A stretch of 64,000 nucleotides of DNA from a virus (taxonomy: Duplodnaviria; Caudoviricetes), in IMG/VR virus record IMGVR_UViG_3300020050_009209; one strand, 5' to 3'. The notes beneath the pieces are model-generated. The model was not told where the DNA came from, ran no database searches, and saw nothing but the letters and a program-made list of their open reading frames with translations. The position numbers and the translations under genes were made by a program. Positions 26,047 through 36,310 of this stretch are shown here, piece by piece (within the stretch, counting starts at the first letter, position 1; every line of letters begins with the position of its first letter).

Positions 26047-26565
26047 ATGCCTGAAATCCTCCGATTCCGAGACTGCATAGTATTCTTTAAGGGCGACACT
26101 CAGACTGTCGCTGTTTCCCCTGCTATGGTTGCTGGAGGTTGGCCAGGAGGTCAAGGAGTTCAATGGGTAGCCTCAACCTCAGATGAGCGGGTAGTTACTT
26201 ACTCCGAGGGCCTCTATGGGGGCTTTCTCATTCACGGTTCGGATGAGGTTGGGGACAGGTTTACAGCGGTCACAAGACAGCAGCCTGTGTACAAGTATGC
26301 TACAATGTTCTCAGGAGGTTGTCTAATTTCGACAAGTAGCTACGAGCGATACACCTACGCGTCTCGCATAGGTGGGGGCCCTCTAGTTCCTCTGACCTAC
26401 CAGGTGCAAGACATCCTCTACTTGTCGAAAAGAGGGTTGTGGACCAAAGAGAACGAACTGACTCTGTCGGGTAGTCCTCTGGCCCCTGCATTCTTTACTG
26501 GGTTTGTGGCTCAGACCCCCAAAGCTAGCAACCAGCTCTTTTTGGGCATTCAGACATCAATGTAG
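26047..26565 (+). CDS. capsid decoration-like protein, paralog 3 of 3
   Basis: Same motifs as the two upstream paralogs. Confidence 0.65.
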   Translation: MPEILRFRDCIVFFKGDTQTVAVSPAMVAGGWPGGQGVQWVASTSDERVVTYSEGLYGGFLIHGSDEVGDRFTAVTRQQPVYKYATMFSGGCLISTSSYERYTYASRIGGGPLVPLTYQVQDILYLSKRGLWTKENELTLSGSPLAPAFFTGFVAQTPKASNQLFLGIQTSM

Positions 26566-26569
26566 GCAA

Positions 26570-27019
26570 ATGAAAACCATAGACAGAATGACAGCTGCTG
26601 AGTTGTGCGTAGAGTCAACTCGACTACGAGGTAGTTTGGTTACCTCCATTGAGCAGTTGCGTGGATTGTACGAGCTTCTCCAACGGAAGGCTAAGTTGGA
26701 GCTACGTGAGGTTGCAACCACTACCAGAAGTAAGACCGCACATGACCCTATGGAGACGGCTAGGGTACATCTTGCGATTGCTTCTGCTGGGCAAAGATTC
26801 ACGGGTATGGTGCTGCATGCAACTCGTAGGTTAGGGGCATTCGACCGAACATTGAAACGCGATGAAGTCGCCCAAGGTCTACACCCACAAGACCGACCAG
26901 CCCCTCAAAAAGCTAAAGCTGCCCCTAAGAGTGCAGGGAAGGACCCAATCCTTCAACAGGTATTGTCCTTACCTACTGTAGTTGACGACTTAGATGAGTT
27001 GTATGGAGATGCTACCTAA
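26570..27019 (+). CDS. hypothetical protein
   Basis: Fills the gap to the portal; TAATG overlap with portal start. Confidence 0.6.
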   Translation: MKTIDRMTAAELCVESTRLRGSLVTSIEQLRGLYELLQRKAKLELREVATTTRSKTAHDPMETARVHLAIASAGQRFTGMVLHATRRLGAFDRTLKRDEVAQGLHPQDRPAPQKAKAAPKSAGKDPILQQVLSLPTVVDDLDELYGDAT

Positions 27020-28809
27020 TGTCCACGTTCACCAACACTCCTAGCTTTAAGTCCACGACTATAGCCGTTAGCCCGTCTCGTAAGGTGTACAGCCCTTACG
27101 TATCGCAGAGTAGTAAGATGTCGAACCTTACTGACAAGGAACGGGCTGCAAGAAAGCTTACCAAGTTGGGTAGCAGTTTTGGGGGAGGTGGGATGAACAC
27201 CTCAGTCTCAAGTCAATCCTCTTTCTTTAGTCCCCAGCTATCGACTGACTTCCTTGAGCTTCCTCAGAGTATACGCGAACGACGCGAACTTTTCCGTCAT
27301 TTCTATGACTCTGACCCTATTGTAGGTCAGGCCATTGATCTACACACGGATCTTCCCCTCTCCAAGATTCGTCTTGCGAAGCCCACTCCTAGGACCTGTC
27401 CAAGTCGATTTAAGAGTCCAGAGGACTACGCAAACTACATTCTAGCGTTTTTCAATAGGATGGTAAAGCGGGTCAAGCTATTTCAGCGGTTGATTACGGC
27501 TACTCACCACTACCACCTCGATGGGAATGTCTTTATCTTTGCAGAGGATGGTACCGTAGAGGTTCCAGCTGAGGTGGGGCAGACTACGGTAAAGCAGGCA
27601 AGCGCAGTCCTAGCGGATGACGGCACAACCAAAGAGGTAGTTACCGAGGAATCGGTAGACTATGAGGATAGGGAGGACAGGGAGTTAGCCTACTACCAGC
27701 GACACTACAAGGGTTGGGACAAGATCATCATTCTCCCAATCGATCAGGTTGCGGTTCGGTCCATGACTTACACGGATAAGGTCAAGTTGAGTCTGATCCC
27801 ATCCGATAGAGATAGGGCCCTTATTACTCAGGCGAGTGCTGGGGATGAGGAGGCTATGAGCATGGTGGAGGAGATTCCACCTGAGGTTAGGGACTACATC
27901 GAGACCGGCAAACTCATCCCCCTGGGTACAGACCCTGATGAGGGTTCGTTTTGTTACCACCTGAAGTCTCGGGCAGGTTCGGGGGAGGAGTTGGGGGCGA
28001 GCATCCTAAATCGTTGCCTCCGTGACCTGATGTACAGGGAGAAGCTTCGACAAGCCCAGACTCAAATCGCATCTAGGGCTATGACACCGAAGCGGCTCGT
28101 GTGGGGCGAGAACCTTTCTGAGGGAGACACTGAAGACCTTCGAGAGCAAGTAGACCTAGCGCTTGTAGACCCAGACTACTCGATTGTCACCAACTACGAA
28201 GTGCATTGGGAGGAGATAGGGGCGAGAGATCGACTCCTAGACCTGTCGGGTGAGTACGAGATCACCGATAAGCACTTGTATGCCGGACTAGGAGTCACGG
28301 AAAGTATCCTAACTGGCGAAAGCACCTTCTCTGGAGACCGTGTAAAGCTGGAAGTGCTCAACACGAAGTATGTCCTCTTCCGAGAGGTCATTCAAGAGTA
28401 CGTAGAGGAGAACCTATTCAAGCCAGTTGCTAGACGTAAGGGGTTCGTTGAACTTGATGAGTGGGGGGAGGAAGAGGTAGTACTGTATCCTCGGCTATCC
28501 TTTACTCGCCTAGCGCTACGCGATAGCCAGGATACCTTTGATGCTCTTCTTAACCTGTACCAGAAGGGGAGCTTGTCCATCGATGTCATTCTGGAGCTGT
28601 TCAACATTGACCCAGTAGACACCAAGGAAAAGATTGAGCGTGACATGTTCACGGTCAACGATGCCCTCTTCAATGAGGTCATTCGAGGAATCTACGGTGA
28701 GGTTGGTAGGGGTATTGCAGAGAAGACTGACGTTATGGCCAAGATTGCGGCATACCTCAAGTTGGAAGTAACCCCAGAGGCTCCTGCTGAAGCTGAGGGT
28801 AGGTTCTAA
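27019..28809 (+). CDS. portal protein
   Basis: About 600 aa between terminase and protease; RHFYDSDPIVGQAIDLHT N-terminus, AGLGVTESIL and IQEYVEENLFKPV stem helices. Confidence 0.8.
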   Translation: MSTFTNTPSFKSTTIAVSPSRKVYSPYVSQSSKMSNLTDKERAARKLTKLGSSFGGGGMNTSVSSQSSFFSPQLSTDFLELPQSIRERRELFRHFYDSDPIVGQAIDLHTDLPLSKIRLAKPTPRTCPSRFKSPEDYANYILAFFNRMVKRVKLFQRLITATHHYHLDGNVFIFAEDGTVEVPAEVGQTTVKQASAVLADDGTTKEVVTEESVDYEDREDRELAYYQRHYKGWDKIIILPIDQVAVRSMTYTDKVKLSLIPSDRDRALITQASAGDEEAMSMVEEIPPEVRDYIETGKLIPLGTDPDEGSFCYHLKSRAGSGEELGASILNRCLRDLMYREKLRQAQTQIASRAMTPKRLVWGENLSEGDTEDLREQVDLALVDPDYSIVTNYEVHWEEIGARDRLLDLSGEYEITDKHLYAGLGVTESILTGESTFSGDRVKLEVLNTKYVLFREVIQEYVEENLFKPVARRKGFVELDEWGEEEVVLYPRLSFTRLALRDSQDTFDALLNLYQKGSLSIDVILELFNIDPVDTKEKIERDMFTVNDALFNEVIRGIYGEVGRGIAEKTDVMAKIAAYLKLEVTPEAPAEAEGRF

Positions 28810-28839
28810 TACTTGGTTTGTTACTTAGGTAAGGCGACC

Positions 28840-31800
28840 ATGCGAATCTTTGGCACTAAGACCCATGTAGAGCTGGAGAACGAAGAAGCAGAGCGTCTTG
28901 TTCGCCTTACGCCTAAGGTAAAGCCCCCACGTAGAGATAAGCGTCGGGAGGATATGCGTACGGAACGCGATCCTGACATCGATGGAGATCCCGACATAAA
29001 GCGGGACCAAGATCGATCCCTTAACTACAAGACTGTAGGTGGTGCGGCGAGAGTGGCGGCTAGGTTCCTCTTGTCAAGAGATGAGTTAGTCTCTGTACGC
29101 AACAAGGAGACTGGTCATGTGGTGAATGTCTCGGAAGAGACACTCAAAGGGGAGGATGCTAGTAAGTACGAGAAGCTAGAGGATGAGGAGTCACAGAAAG
29201 ATCCTGAGCAAGAGCTTGCAAGCCAAGGAGAGGCCCTTCGAGACCTAGCGAAGGATAACCCTAAGCTTCAGGGTATGCTTAAGGACCTGATCAATCCAAA
29301 ATCTGACTTGGGTGGTTTGGCAGCGGCCAACCCGTTAGTTGCTGCGTCTGCTGTACTGAAAAACGTTAAGATCCCGGAGGGGCTGAAGACCGTTGGAGAC
29401 CTAGTCAAGGCTTTAAGTGCCCCCAAGGTAAGTCCCCCCAAGGTAAAGTCGAAAGCTCCAAAAGAGAAGGGCCTTAAGCCAGCAGAGAAGGCCCCTGAGG
29501 GTAAGGATCCCCGTTGGGATGAATCAGGTGAGAGTGTAGAGCCAGAAAAGGCCCCTACCCCTCCTGAGGCTGGTAAGCCTCAGGAGACACCAGAGACTCC
29601 AACAGAGGCCCCAGAAACCCCACCAGAGGCACCCTCTGACGGAGCGGAGCCCGATCCATTCCCAGAGCCGAAAAAACCTCAGGCTCCAAAGTTCCCTCCG
29701 ACAGATGCTAGGAGTTACCCACCTCCAAAACGACCACCTCCAACGAGGCAGGAAGAGTTGGAGGCCATGGATGCTTTGCGGGAGTCAGGGTTGCCTCCAA
29801 GTGTACGGAGCACTCTATCCTTACTGCATCCAGCCGACCTAAAGACCTTACTGGCAAGTTACTCAAAGTTCCAATCCTTGCCGGTTTACGGTAGTTTGAA
29901 GTCTGAGATTCAAAACGCAAGGGGCGGGTACGTCTCTAAGCCAGAGGATGTTCAAACCTTACCTGACGACTTTGGTTCATCGAAGAAGAAAAAGACTGAG
30001 GGGGGACCTGAGGAATCTGAAGAAGACTCTCAGGCTGAGGCTGTACAGCAGCATCGTATGGCTGTCATGGCAGCCAGCTTAGCTTCCCAGGTTCGAGTTA
30101 CCAAGATGATGACCTCAAGTGGAGTGCCTTCGTACCTGGCAGGTAAGTTGGCATACTTCACTCTAACTACGGCCTCAATGCCCCCTGAAAAGCAGATGGA
30201 GGTGGCTAGACAGGCTGCGCAAACAGCATTTACGCAAGCGGCTACAGGGTTCTCAGGCTTGCCTGAAAAGGACGATCGGTTTGGGTCGTTCATCGATAAG
30301 GCAAAGAGAAAACTTCTTGGGGACCAGGAGCGCAAAGACTTCATCTCCGCCATGGACCATCTAGACCCCTACACTCAGATGGCTGCGGTGGCGCATCTAC
30401 AAGGAGAGGATTACCGAGCAGCTTCGGATAAGTTTCTAGGGGACCAAGCAAAGAACCCTATCTCTGGTTACGATCCACCTAAGGTCATCAAAGATAAGCT
30501 GCAAGCCGCAACAAAGATGATTCGAGAGGCTGGGAGAGATTACCCCTTAGCTGCAAGGGTTGCCCTTGTGGACCCTGCTACCGTTTTTCGGGTTAGGGCT
30601 CGTGAGTCCCTTAGCGGCATGCCTCCAGAAAAGAAGGCGGAGCTTACTGAGGCGCTTTTGGAGTCGGATGCGGATGACTACGAGAAGGCCGATGCGGAGT
30701 ACACCAAGCACGACCTACCTAAGTTTGAAAAAGCTTACGCCAAGTACGAGCAAGAGCTGAAGCGGTGGGAGTCCGACAAAGCAGACTTCGAGTCAGACCT
30801 TGACTACAGAGAGTCTGCAAAGCCGTTCGAGAAAGAACCTCCCCAACCTCCACTCAAACCAGAGCCACCCAGGAAACCAATTGGGTATGAGAAGGTCCGC
30901 CCACCAGCTGAGCATGACCAAAAGGCAATCCAACAGGAGTTGGACTCTGCAAGAGCTAAGCACACTCCACATGAAGATACTCATGGGGACTCGGAGCACT
31001 CGGATGATGAGCATGGCGAGCCAAAGCAAAGCTGGAAGGAACGAGCTAAGAGCTTGAGTGCAAAGGCAAAGGCCACCCTCCAAGCCTCACCTAAGGCAGT
31101 GAAGCAATTCATTGAGGATGATAGCTTCCGTCGTAAGACTCTCATGGATGCCCATGCGGCACTACTCAAAGCCCCGGAGAAGATTGCTAAGCGAGCACTT
31201 GACACAGCAAAACACGAGGTAAAAGAGTTCAAAGAAGCTGGGCAAGGGATCGCCTCTGTACTGCGTGGGGGCAAAATGACCTCTCACCAGAAAAAGGCAT
31301 TTAAGACCGTAGCTACGCACATGGCAATCAGTGTTGCAGCTGCGGCACTTACAGCTTCAGGTCCACTTGCTATCGCAGGAGCTGTAGGTAAGGGGATGGT
31401 AAAGCATGTGGCTATGAAGGCGGTAGCCAACCTCTTTGGGCACCTCCACATACTAGAGGAGGTAGGTCACATCGGGCATGGGGTGAAGCACCTCATGGAG
31501 CACCTAGCCTCCACTGAGAGTCCAGATCCAGAAGAAGTGCTTAGTAACTTGGTACTTGCTGCTGTGGCAAAAGAAGTGCCTAAGCTGGATCATGATGGAA
31601 TTCAGAGCGCTCTGGAGGGTGAGCAGGAGAGTACAGAGAAAGTTGTCGCTAGTATCTATTCTTCTTATCAGTCTTCAAAATGGCAGATGACTTCATCCAA
31701 TCGCACTGCACTCTACCATGGAGTAGAGCCTAGTCCTCAAACCCCATACTCAGAGTGGCAGCAAGCTCATCAACGAGACTTAGCCCCTGAGGACTCTGCG

Positions 31801-32430
31801 CTTATTTTGAGTGCGGCTAGGTCTTGGTTAAGGTCACCCGTACTTTCCTCTTCGATTGAGGGGATGGTACCAGACACCAGGTTTCGGGCTGCACTTGATC
31901 TTGCAATCCGTGAGGTCAGTGACGGTAGGTACAGTGGAGCTATTACAGCGAACCTGTACAACCAACTCTTGGCTAAGTTAGCTAACTCAACGGATCAACC
32001 GCTGGGTACAATTCGCGAGGCTTCAACCTCAACTAAAGGAACTAGGACCATGATTAAGTTTGCCAAGTCGGATGCCAACACCATTCTAGCTCGTCTTGAC
32101 CGCGTTGCGGCTGCCATCCAAGAAAACCATGCAAAGTGGGGGATGGGCTTCGACGTCGCGAAGGAGTTAGTCAACGACCTCGACAAGACCGCAGACGAGA
32201 TTGAGAAGGCCTCGTTTGGGGAGGAGTCTCTTGTGACTCGTCAAGTTGAAGTGCTCAAGCAAGCAAAGGTGCTTCAGCAGGACAAGGACGAGAAGTACAT
32301 GGGTACTTACAATGCCCCCTCCGCTGTTCATCAGTCGGATAGGGACGAGAAGTACATGAGCCTCTATGAGGATGACCAGACTCAAGCAGTTGTGAGTGGT
32401 AAGTCCTCTGTTGGTCGCCCTCTTACCTAA
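28840..32430 (+). CDS. large multi-domain head/internal protein with candidate nested in-frame starts
   Basis: Long open frame, P/E-rich linkers, RVAARF and KxA motifs, internal candidate starts at 31687 and 32050. Confidence 0.7.
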   Translation: MRIFGTKTHVELENEEAERLVRLTPKVKPPRRDKRREDMRTERDPDIDGDPDIKRDQDRSLNYKTVGGAARVAARFLLSRDELVSVRNKETGHVVNVSEETLKGEDASKYEKLEDEESQKDPEQELASQGEALRDLAKDNPKLQGMLKDLINPKSDLGGLAAANPLVAASAVLKNVKIPEGLKTVGDLVKALSAPKVSPPKVKSKAPKEKGLKPAEKAPEGKDPRWDESGESVEPEKAPTPPEAGKPQETPETPTEAPETPPEAPSDGAEPDPFPEPKKPQAPKFPPTDARSYPPPKRPPPTRQEELEAMDALRESGLPPSVRSTLSLLHPADLKTLLASYSKFQSLPVYGSLKSEIQNARGGYVSKPEDVQTLPDDFGSSKKKKTEGGPEESEEDSQAEAVQQHRMAVMAASLASQVRVTKMMTSSGVPSYLAGKLAYFTLTTASMPPEKQMEVARQAAQTAFTQAATGFSGLPEKDDRFGSFIDKAKRKLLGDQERKDFISAMDHLDPYTQMAAVAHLQGEDYRAASDKFLGDQAKNPISGYDPPKVIKDKLQAATKMIREAGRDYPLAARVALVDPATVFRVRARESLSGMPPEKKAELTEALLESDADDYEKADAEYTKHDLPKFEKAYAKYEQELKRWESDKADFESDLDYRESAKPFEKEPPQPPLKPEPPRKPIGYEKVRPPAEHDQKAIQQELDSARAKHTPHEDTHGDSEHSDDEHGEPKQSWKERAKSLSAKAKATLQASPKAVKQFIEDDSFRRKTLMDAHAALLKAPEKIAKRALDTAKHEVKEFKEAGQGIASVLRGGKMTSHQKKAFKTVATHMAISVAAAALTASGPLAIAGAVGKGMVKHVAMKAVANLFGHLHILEEVGHIGHGVKHLMEHLASTESPDPEEVLSNLVLAAVAKEVPKLDHDGIQSALEGEQESTEKVVASIYSSYQSSKWQMTSSNRTALYHGVEPSPQTPYSEWQQAHQRDLAPEDSALILSAARSWLRSPVLSSSIEGMVPDTRFRAALDLAIREVSDGRYSGAITANLYNQLLAKLANSTDQPLGTIREASTSTKGTRTMIKFAKSDANTILARLDRVAAAIQENHAKWGMGFDVAKELVNDLDKTADEIEKASFGEESLVTRQVEVLKQAKVLQQDKDEKYMGTYNAPSAVHQSDRDEKYMSLYEDDQTQAVVSGKSSVGRPLT

Positions 32431-32467
32431 TTCAAACTCGGTCACTAGATCCAAGGGTTGTACCAAA

Positions 32468-33316
32468 ATGGCTATTGACTACTGGCAACTCGTCAAAGAC
32501 TTCGCCCAAGGGGACGCTGTTCAAAAGATCAATGCCCATAATGGGCAGCTATCTCCTTACGTAGGTAAGGTTACGGCTGTCTTTCGTGGGACGGGTTGTT
32601 TGGACGTTCAGTGGCCCTTTGGGAACGAGAGAGTCTTCTCGGATGATGTAGTCAAGGTCAATCCACTATTCCTACGGTACCTACCTCCTACCCTAGATCA
32701 GAGCTACAACACGGTTGAGATTGAGAAAGCTAGGGAGGAGGATGCAAAGCTCCGCAAGGCTTCTACTCCTCTTTGGCAGCACACCAAGTTCCCACCCATG
32801 CTCTATGTGAAGCTGGCTCAGTACTGGCACAAGGGAGCTAGTGAGGTTGTAGCTTACGATGACCTCTATCGTAGCCATGCTCCCAACATCAATGATGACC
32901 TACTTAGGTCTGAGGTGTCCAAGTTCTACTTGTTCGCTTCAAACTCAGGAGAGCTTCGTATCCAGCAAGCTGTAAAGCAAGCTCTCCGCAGTAAGCAGGG
33001 AGCTTACTGGGTTGCTCAGAATCGCCAATACCGAGCTACGGGCGAAGACATCAAACTAGGTAAGCCCGCTTGCCCTAAGTGTGGATCAAGGATGCGACAA
33101 GCTACCTACAAGATGCAGGAGGGGTCTAAGCACAAGATTTTTGCCTGTCCCAAGTGCCTTTACCTCATCGACCCAACCTCTATCCTTGGCCCTAAGGGTG
33201 AGCCTCACTCTTGGTTTGGGGATGTAGCTAAGGTGACGGGGCCCCCAGTGCCAGCTACCCCCAAAGAGGTAGTGACCCTAGCCCCTATCCCAATGTTCAA
33301 AGGGGATGCATTCTAA
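32468..33316 (+). CDS. head-module protein with C-terminal zinc ribbon
   Basis: CPKC..CPKC; abuts the protease gene. Confidence 0.65.
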   Translation: MAIDYWQLVKDFAQGDAVQKINAHNGQLSPYVGKVTAVFRGTGCLDVQWPFGNERVFSDDVVKVNPLFLRYLPPTLDQSYNTVEIEKAREEDAKLRKASTPLWQHTKFPPMLYVKLAQYWHKGASEVVAYDDLYRSHAPNINDDLLRSEVSKFYLFASNSGELRIQQAVKQALRSKQGAYWVAQNRQYRATGEDIKLGKPACPKCGSRMRQATYKMQEGSKHKIFACPKCLYLIDPTSILGPKGEPHSWFGDVAKVTGPPVPATPKEVVTLAPIPMFKGDAF

Positions 33317-36274
33317 ATGGCCTTCCTAAAGTACGCGAATGCGGCTATCGTACAACCAGCTATCAATCAGGAGATCTGGAGTGAGATCCGTCAGGCTGCC
33401 TTACTAGGCTCTAGCTTTGAGGACCGTACAGCTGCGCATGTAGTACTACAGAAGTATGACCCCGCACAGTACCTGCTCTCACACTGCTCCATTGTAGCGT
33501 CCGTAGATACGGAGAACTCTGGCCTCCCTACGGGGGCTCAGATGTTTGATGGAGTCCAAATCGAACGGAAGTTCCCAGACCACTACATTACGGTTGAGAC
33601 TCAGAAGTACATCAATAACAACTGTTTTGTCCCAGGGACAATGGTCCTAATGTCAGATGGGACTGAAAAGCCTATTGAGCAGATCTGTATTGGAGACCAA
33701 GTTATCACTCACACAGGAATGTGTAGGGTGGTGACAGAAACCTTCAAGAGGCCTTACAGTGGAACTCTTACTGTAATCAAGCGACTTGGGGATCAGCGGA
33801 CACTTGAGGTTACCCCAGAACATCCAATTTTCGCCAAGGTGCCAGCTACAGTATGTGCTTGTGGGTGCGGCACCCCTCTAAAACGTCGTCACTATAAGGC
33901 GGCCGTTCATAGATTCAAACAGTTTTCTCAAGGTCACGGCCAAAAGAGAAACCAAGCACCACTTCCTTACAATTGGGTATCTGCTGGGTTTTTGGAGAAG
34001 GGCGACTTCTTGTCGTTGCCTCGTCTCAAAGGGGAGGAGCAAACGGAGGTCACTCCTGGGAAAGCTCGCCTTCTAGGGTACTACTTAGCTGAGGGCTTCT
34101 TTTCTAGGTTGAAGCCAACCCGTAAGACTAACGGTAAAGTTACTGGCCAGGTATCTCAACTATTTTTGGATAACCTTGGGGTCAACGATAAAGGCAATAT
34201 CCCTGTAGCTGCTGTCTTCGCATTGAACTTAGATGAAACTGGAACTCTGGCTGCCGAGATTCAGAAGCTTCTCATGTCTGAGTTTGGAGTAGGGTCCAAT
34301 ATTCAGAGGGTGTCTGAAAACGGAATTTCAGTTACTAGTCATCAGTCGCTAGAGCTGGTGCAATTCATTCAAGAGTATGCAACGTCGTACTCCAAAACCA
34401 AAAAAGTAAATGAAAAAGTCCTCCATTGGCCACTGGCTCTTCAAAGAGAGTTGGTTCAAGCTTGGATTGAGGGGGATGGTTGTGTAGAAGGTACAGCTGG
34501 GGGTTGGGTAACTGCTGTCTCTGCGTCACCTGACTTAATCTCCCAGATGCATTTGATTCTTGGGCGTCTTGGGGTATTTGCTACTCGGGGAGTGAGCATA
34601 ACTTGTGGGCGGAAGCGAGTTAAGGTAGCTAATGGAGGGATTCAAATTGTAAGTGATCCTACCAAAACTTGCACTGCGTACAAGCTTCAAATTGGAGCTT
34701 ACTTCGCCTCTAAGCTTATGGGTGGGTCTTTTTTGGGTCCCTTGTTTAGTAGAGCTACCTCCAACCTTCGAAAGTGGGGGTTGTCAAATAGGGTTGAATC
34801 CGAACGGACAACTTTTCCAATCCGCTCTGTTACTAAGCGGAACTACGATGGGTTTGTCTACAATTTCGAGACAGATATCGACCACTCTTACGTAGCTAAC
34901 GGGGTTGCGGTCCATAATTGCGATGCTTTTGAACGTAAGTTGCTGCTAGCGACGTATAAAACGTTCATTGGTGCCGAAAACTACATGGAGCACGTCCAAA
35001 TCCCCGAGCTGAGTAAGGGGAAGATCATCGATGCAGCGGCTAGAGACATTGGAGACTCTATCTACATTGACATCCTGGTAGCTACTGACCTGAAGCACAA
35101 GTCCCTGATAGAGGCGATTAGTAGCCAGAAGCTCAGTACCCTATCGATGGGTTGTCAGGTCACCTACACCCAGTGTACGAAGTGTGGCAACATTGCTGAG
35201 GACGAGCTTCAGATTTGCCGCCACATCAAGTACGAAAAGGGTAACTGGTTTATTGATGCCAGTGGTAAGCGTCGTAAGATCGCAGAGCTATGTGGGCACC
35301 ACTCTGACCCTGGGACGGTAAAGTTCATTGAGGGCTCTTGGGTAGGTACTCCAGCATTCACTGGAGCTGTACTAAGGAATATTCTAGACCCAGCTAATGC
35401 GATGGCGGGAGTGCTTGGTAAGCGAATTCAAGTTGCCTTCTCTCAGCCAGCTAGGACGGCAGACCCAGGCTCCCTTCAGAGAGCGGCTAAGTTAGCCCCT
35501 ATTGGGGTTGGGGCAAAAGCGGTCAATGCTGACCATCTTGTCTCTCAGTACGAGGGCCCCTCGATTGGTAAGCTCCACGCGACTACTCCATACTCAAAGG
35601 ACCTTCAAGCCGCTGCTACCTTGTCTGCAAGACAGCAGACCGTTCAGGGTTGGCGCCCAAGTAACTACGGCGTACAGGTGTTCTCCGCAGCACAGCAAGG
35701 GGAGGAGCCTACCCCTCCTGCTCCTGTAGAGGATGTTGACCCCCTTAAGAAGGTTGAAGACGAACTCTACAACACTCTTAAGAAGAAGGTCGAGAGGCGG
35801 GTCCGAGACGACCTCAATAAGGAAGAGTCGTCCAATGTCCGTCAGGTCCTTGACGAGAATTCTTCCAACGAGTCAATCATCAAGTCAGCTCTTCGATACC
35901 CTAAGTGGCAACGAAGGGCAAAGACTATTCTAGCTTCGATTCCAGCCTCAAAGGCAAAAGTGATTTTGGCAGGTTGGATCCTCTATGATCGTGGGGGATG
36001 GGAAGCTGTCGTAGAAGCTAATCGATTTAAGGGACGAGACTTCCTTGCAGTCGCTCACATTGTTGATCGGTCAACAAGGAAGTCTAACTTGTCCGGAGGT
36101 GGTAGAATCTACTCTACAGTTATCGCTGTAGGGGGTATTCGTAAGTATTCAGATGTAAATACCTACTTGGCGGCTTGTCGTCAAGTGCTCGGTCGGACCC
36201 TCTTAGAAACGGAAAAGGTCCAACTCATCGAGAAGGGTAACTTGTTTTCACTAGGACTCTCGGACTTTGAATAA
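33317..36274 (+). CDS. prohead maturation protease containing an intein
   Basis: INNN|CDAFE..TFIG..YMEH..SKGKIIDA, then LSMGC catalytic Ser, CTKCG..C.H, FIEGSWV..PAF; lies before scaffold and capsid. Confidence 0.8.
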   Translation: MAFLKYANAAIVQPAINQEIWSEIRQAALLGSSFEDRTAAHVVLQKYDPAQYLLSHCSIVASVDTENSGLPTGAQMFDGVQIERKFPDHYITVETQKYINNNCFVPGTMVLMSDGTEKPIEQICIGDQVITHTGMCRVVTETFKRPYSGTLTVIKRLGDQRTLEVTPEHPIFAKVPATVCACGCGTPLKRRHYKAAVHRFKQFSQGHGQKRNQAPLPYNWVSAGFLEKGDFLSLPRLKGEEQTEVTPGKARLLGYYLAEGFFSRLKPTRKTNGKVTGQVSQLFLDNLGVNDKGNIPVAAVFALNLDETGTLAAEIQKLLMSEFGVGSNIQRVSENGISVTSHQSLELVQFIQEYATSYSKTKKVNEKVLHWPLALQRELVQAWIEGDGCVEGTAGGWVTAVSASPDLISQMHLILGRLGVFATRGVSITCGRKRVKVANGGIQIVSDPTKTCTAYKLQIGAYFASKLMGGSFLGPLFSRATSNLRKWGLSNRVESERTTFPIRSVTKRNYDGFVYNFETDIDHSYVANGVAVHNCDAFERKLLLATYKTFIGAENYMEHVQIPELSKGKIIDAAARDIGDSIYIDILVATDLKHKSLIEAISSQKLSTLSMGCQVTYTQCTKCGNIAEDELQICRHIKYEKGNWFIDASGKRRKIAELCGHHSDPGTVKFIEGSWVGTPAFTGAVLRNILDPANAMAGVLGKRIQVAFSQPARTADPGSLQRAAKLAPIGVGAKAVNADHLVSQYEGPSIGKLHATTPYSKDLQAAATLSARQQTVQGWRPSNYGVQVFSAAQQGEEPTPPAPVEDVDPLKKVEDELYNTLKKKVERRVRDDLNKEESSNVRQVLDENSSNESIIKSALRYPKWQRRAKTILASIPASKAKVILAGWILYDRGGWEAVVEANRFKGRDFLAVAHIVDRSTRKSNLSGGGRIYSTVIAVGGIRKYSDVNTYLAACRQVLGRTLLETEKVQLIEKGNLFSLGLSDFE
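33623..34918 (+). mobile_element. intein (432 aa) with LAGLIDADG endonuclease and a CACGCG insert
   Basis: CFVPGTMVLM, TPEHP, LGYYLAEG, WIEGDG, VYNFET..YVANGVAVHN|C. Confidence 0.95.
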
Positions 36275-36310
36275 GTTCTTATATGAGTCTACTAAGGAAA
36301 GGATCCACCA

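Noticed and set aside
25814-26400. 54-bp near-identical pair as a diversity-generating retroelement TR/VR
   Set aside because: There is only one T/C difference, both copies are mid-gene in paralogs, and no reverse transcriptase is in the window.
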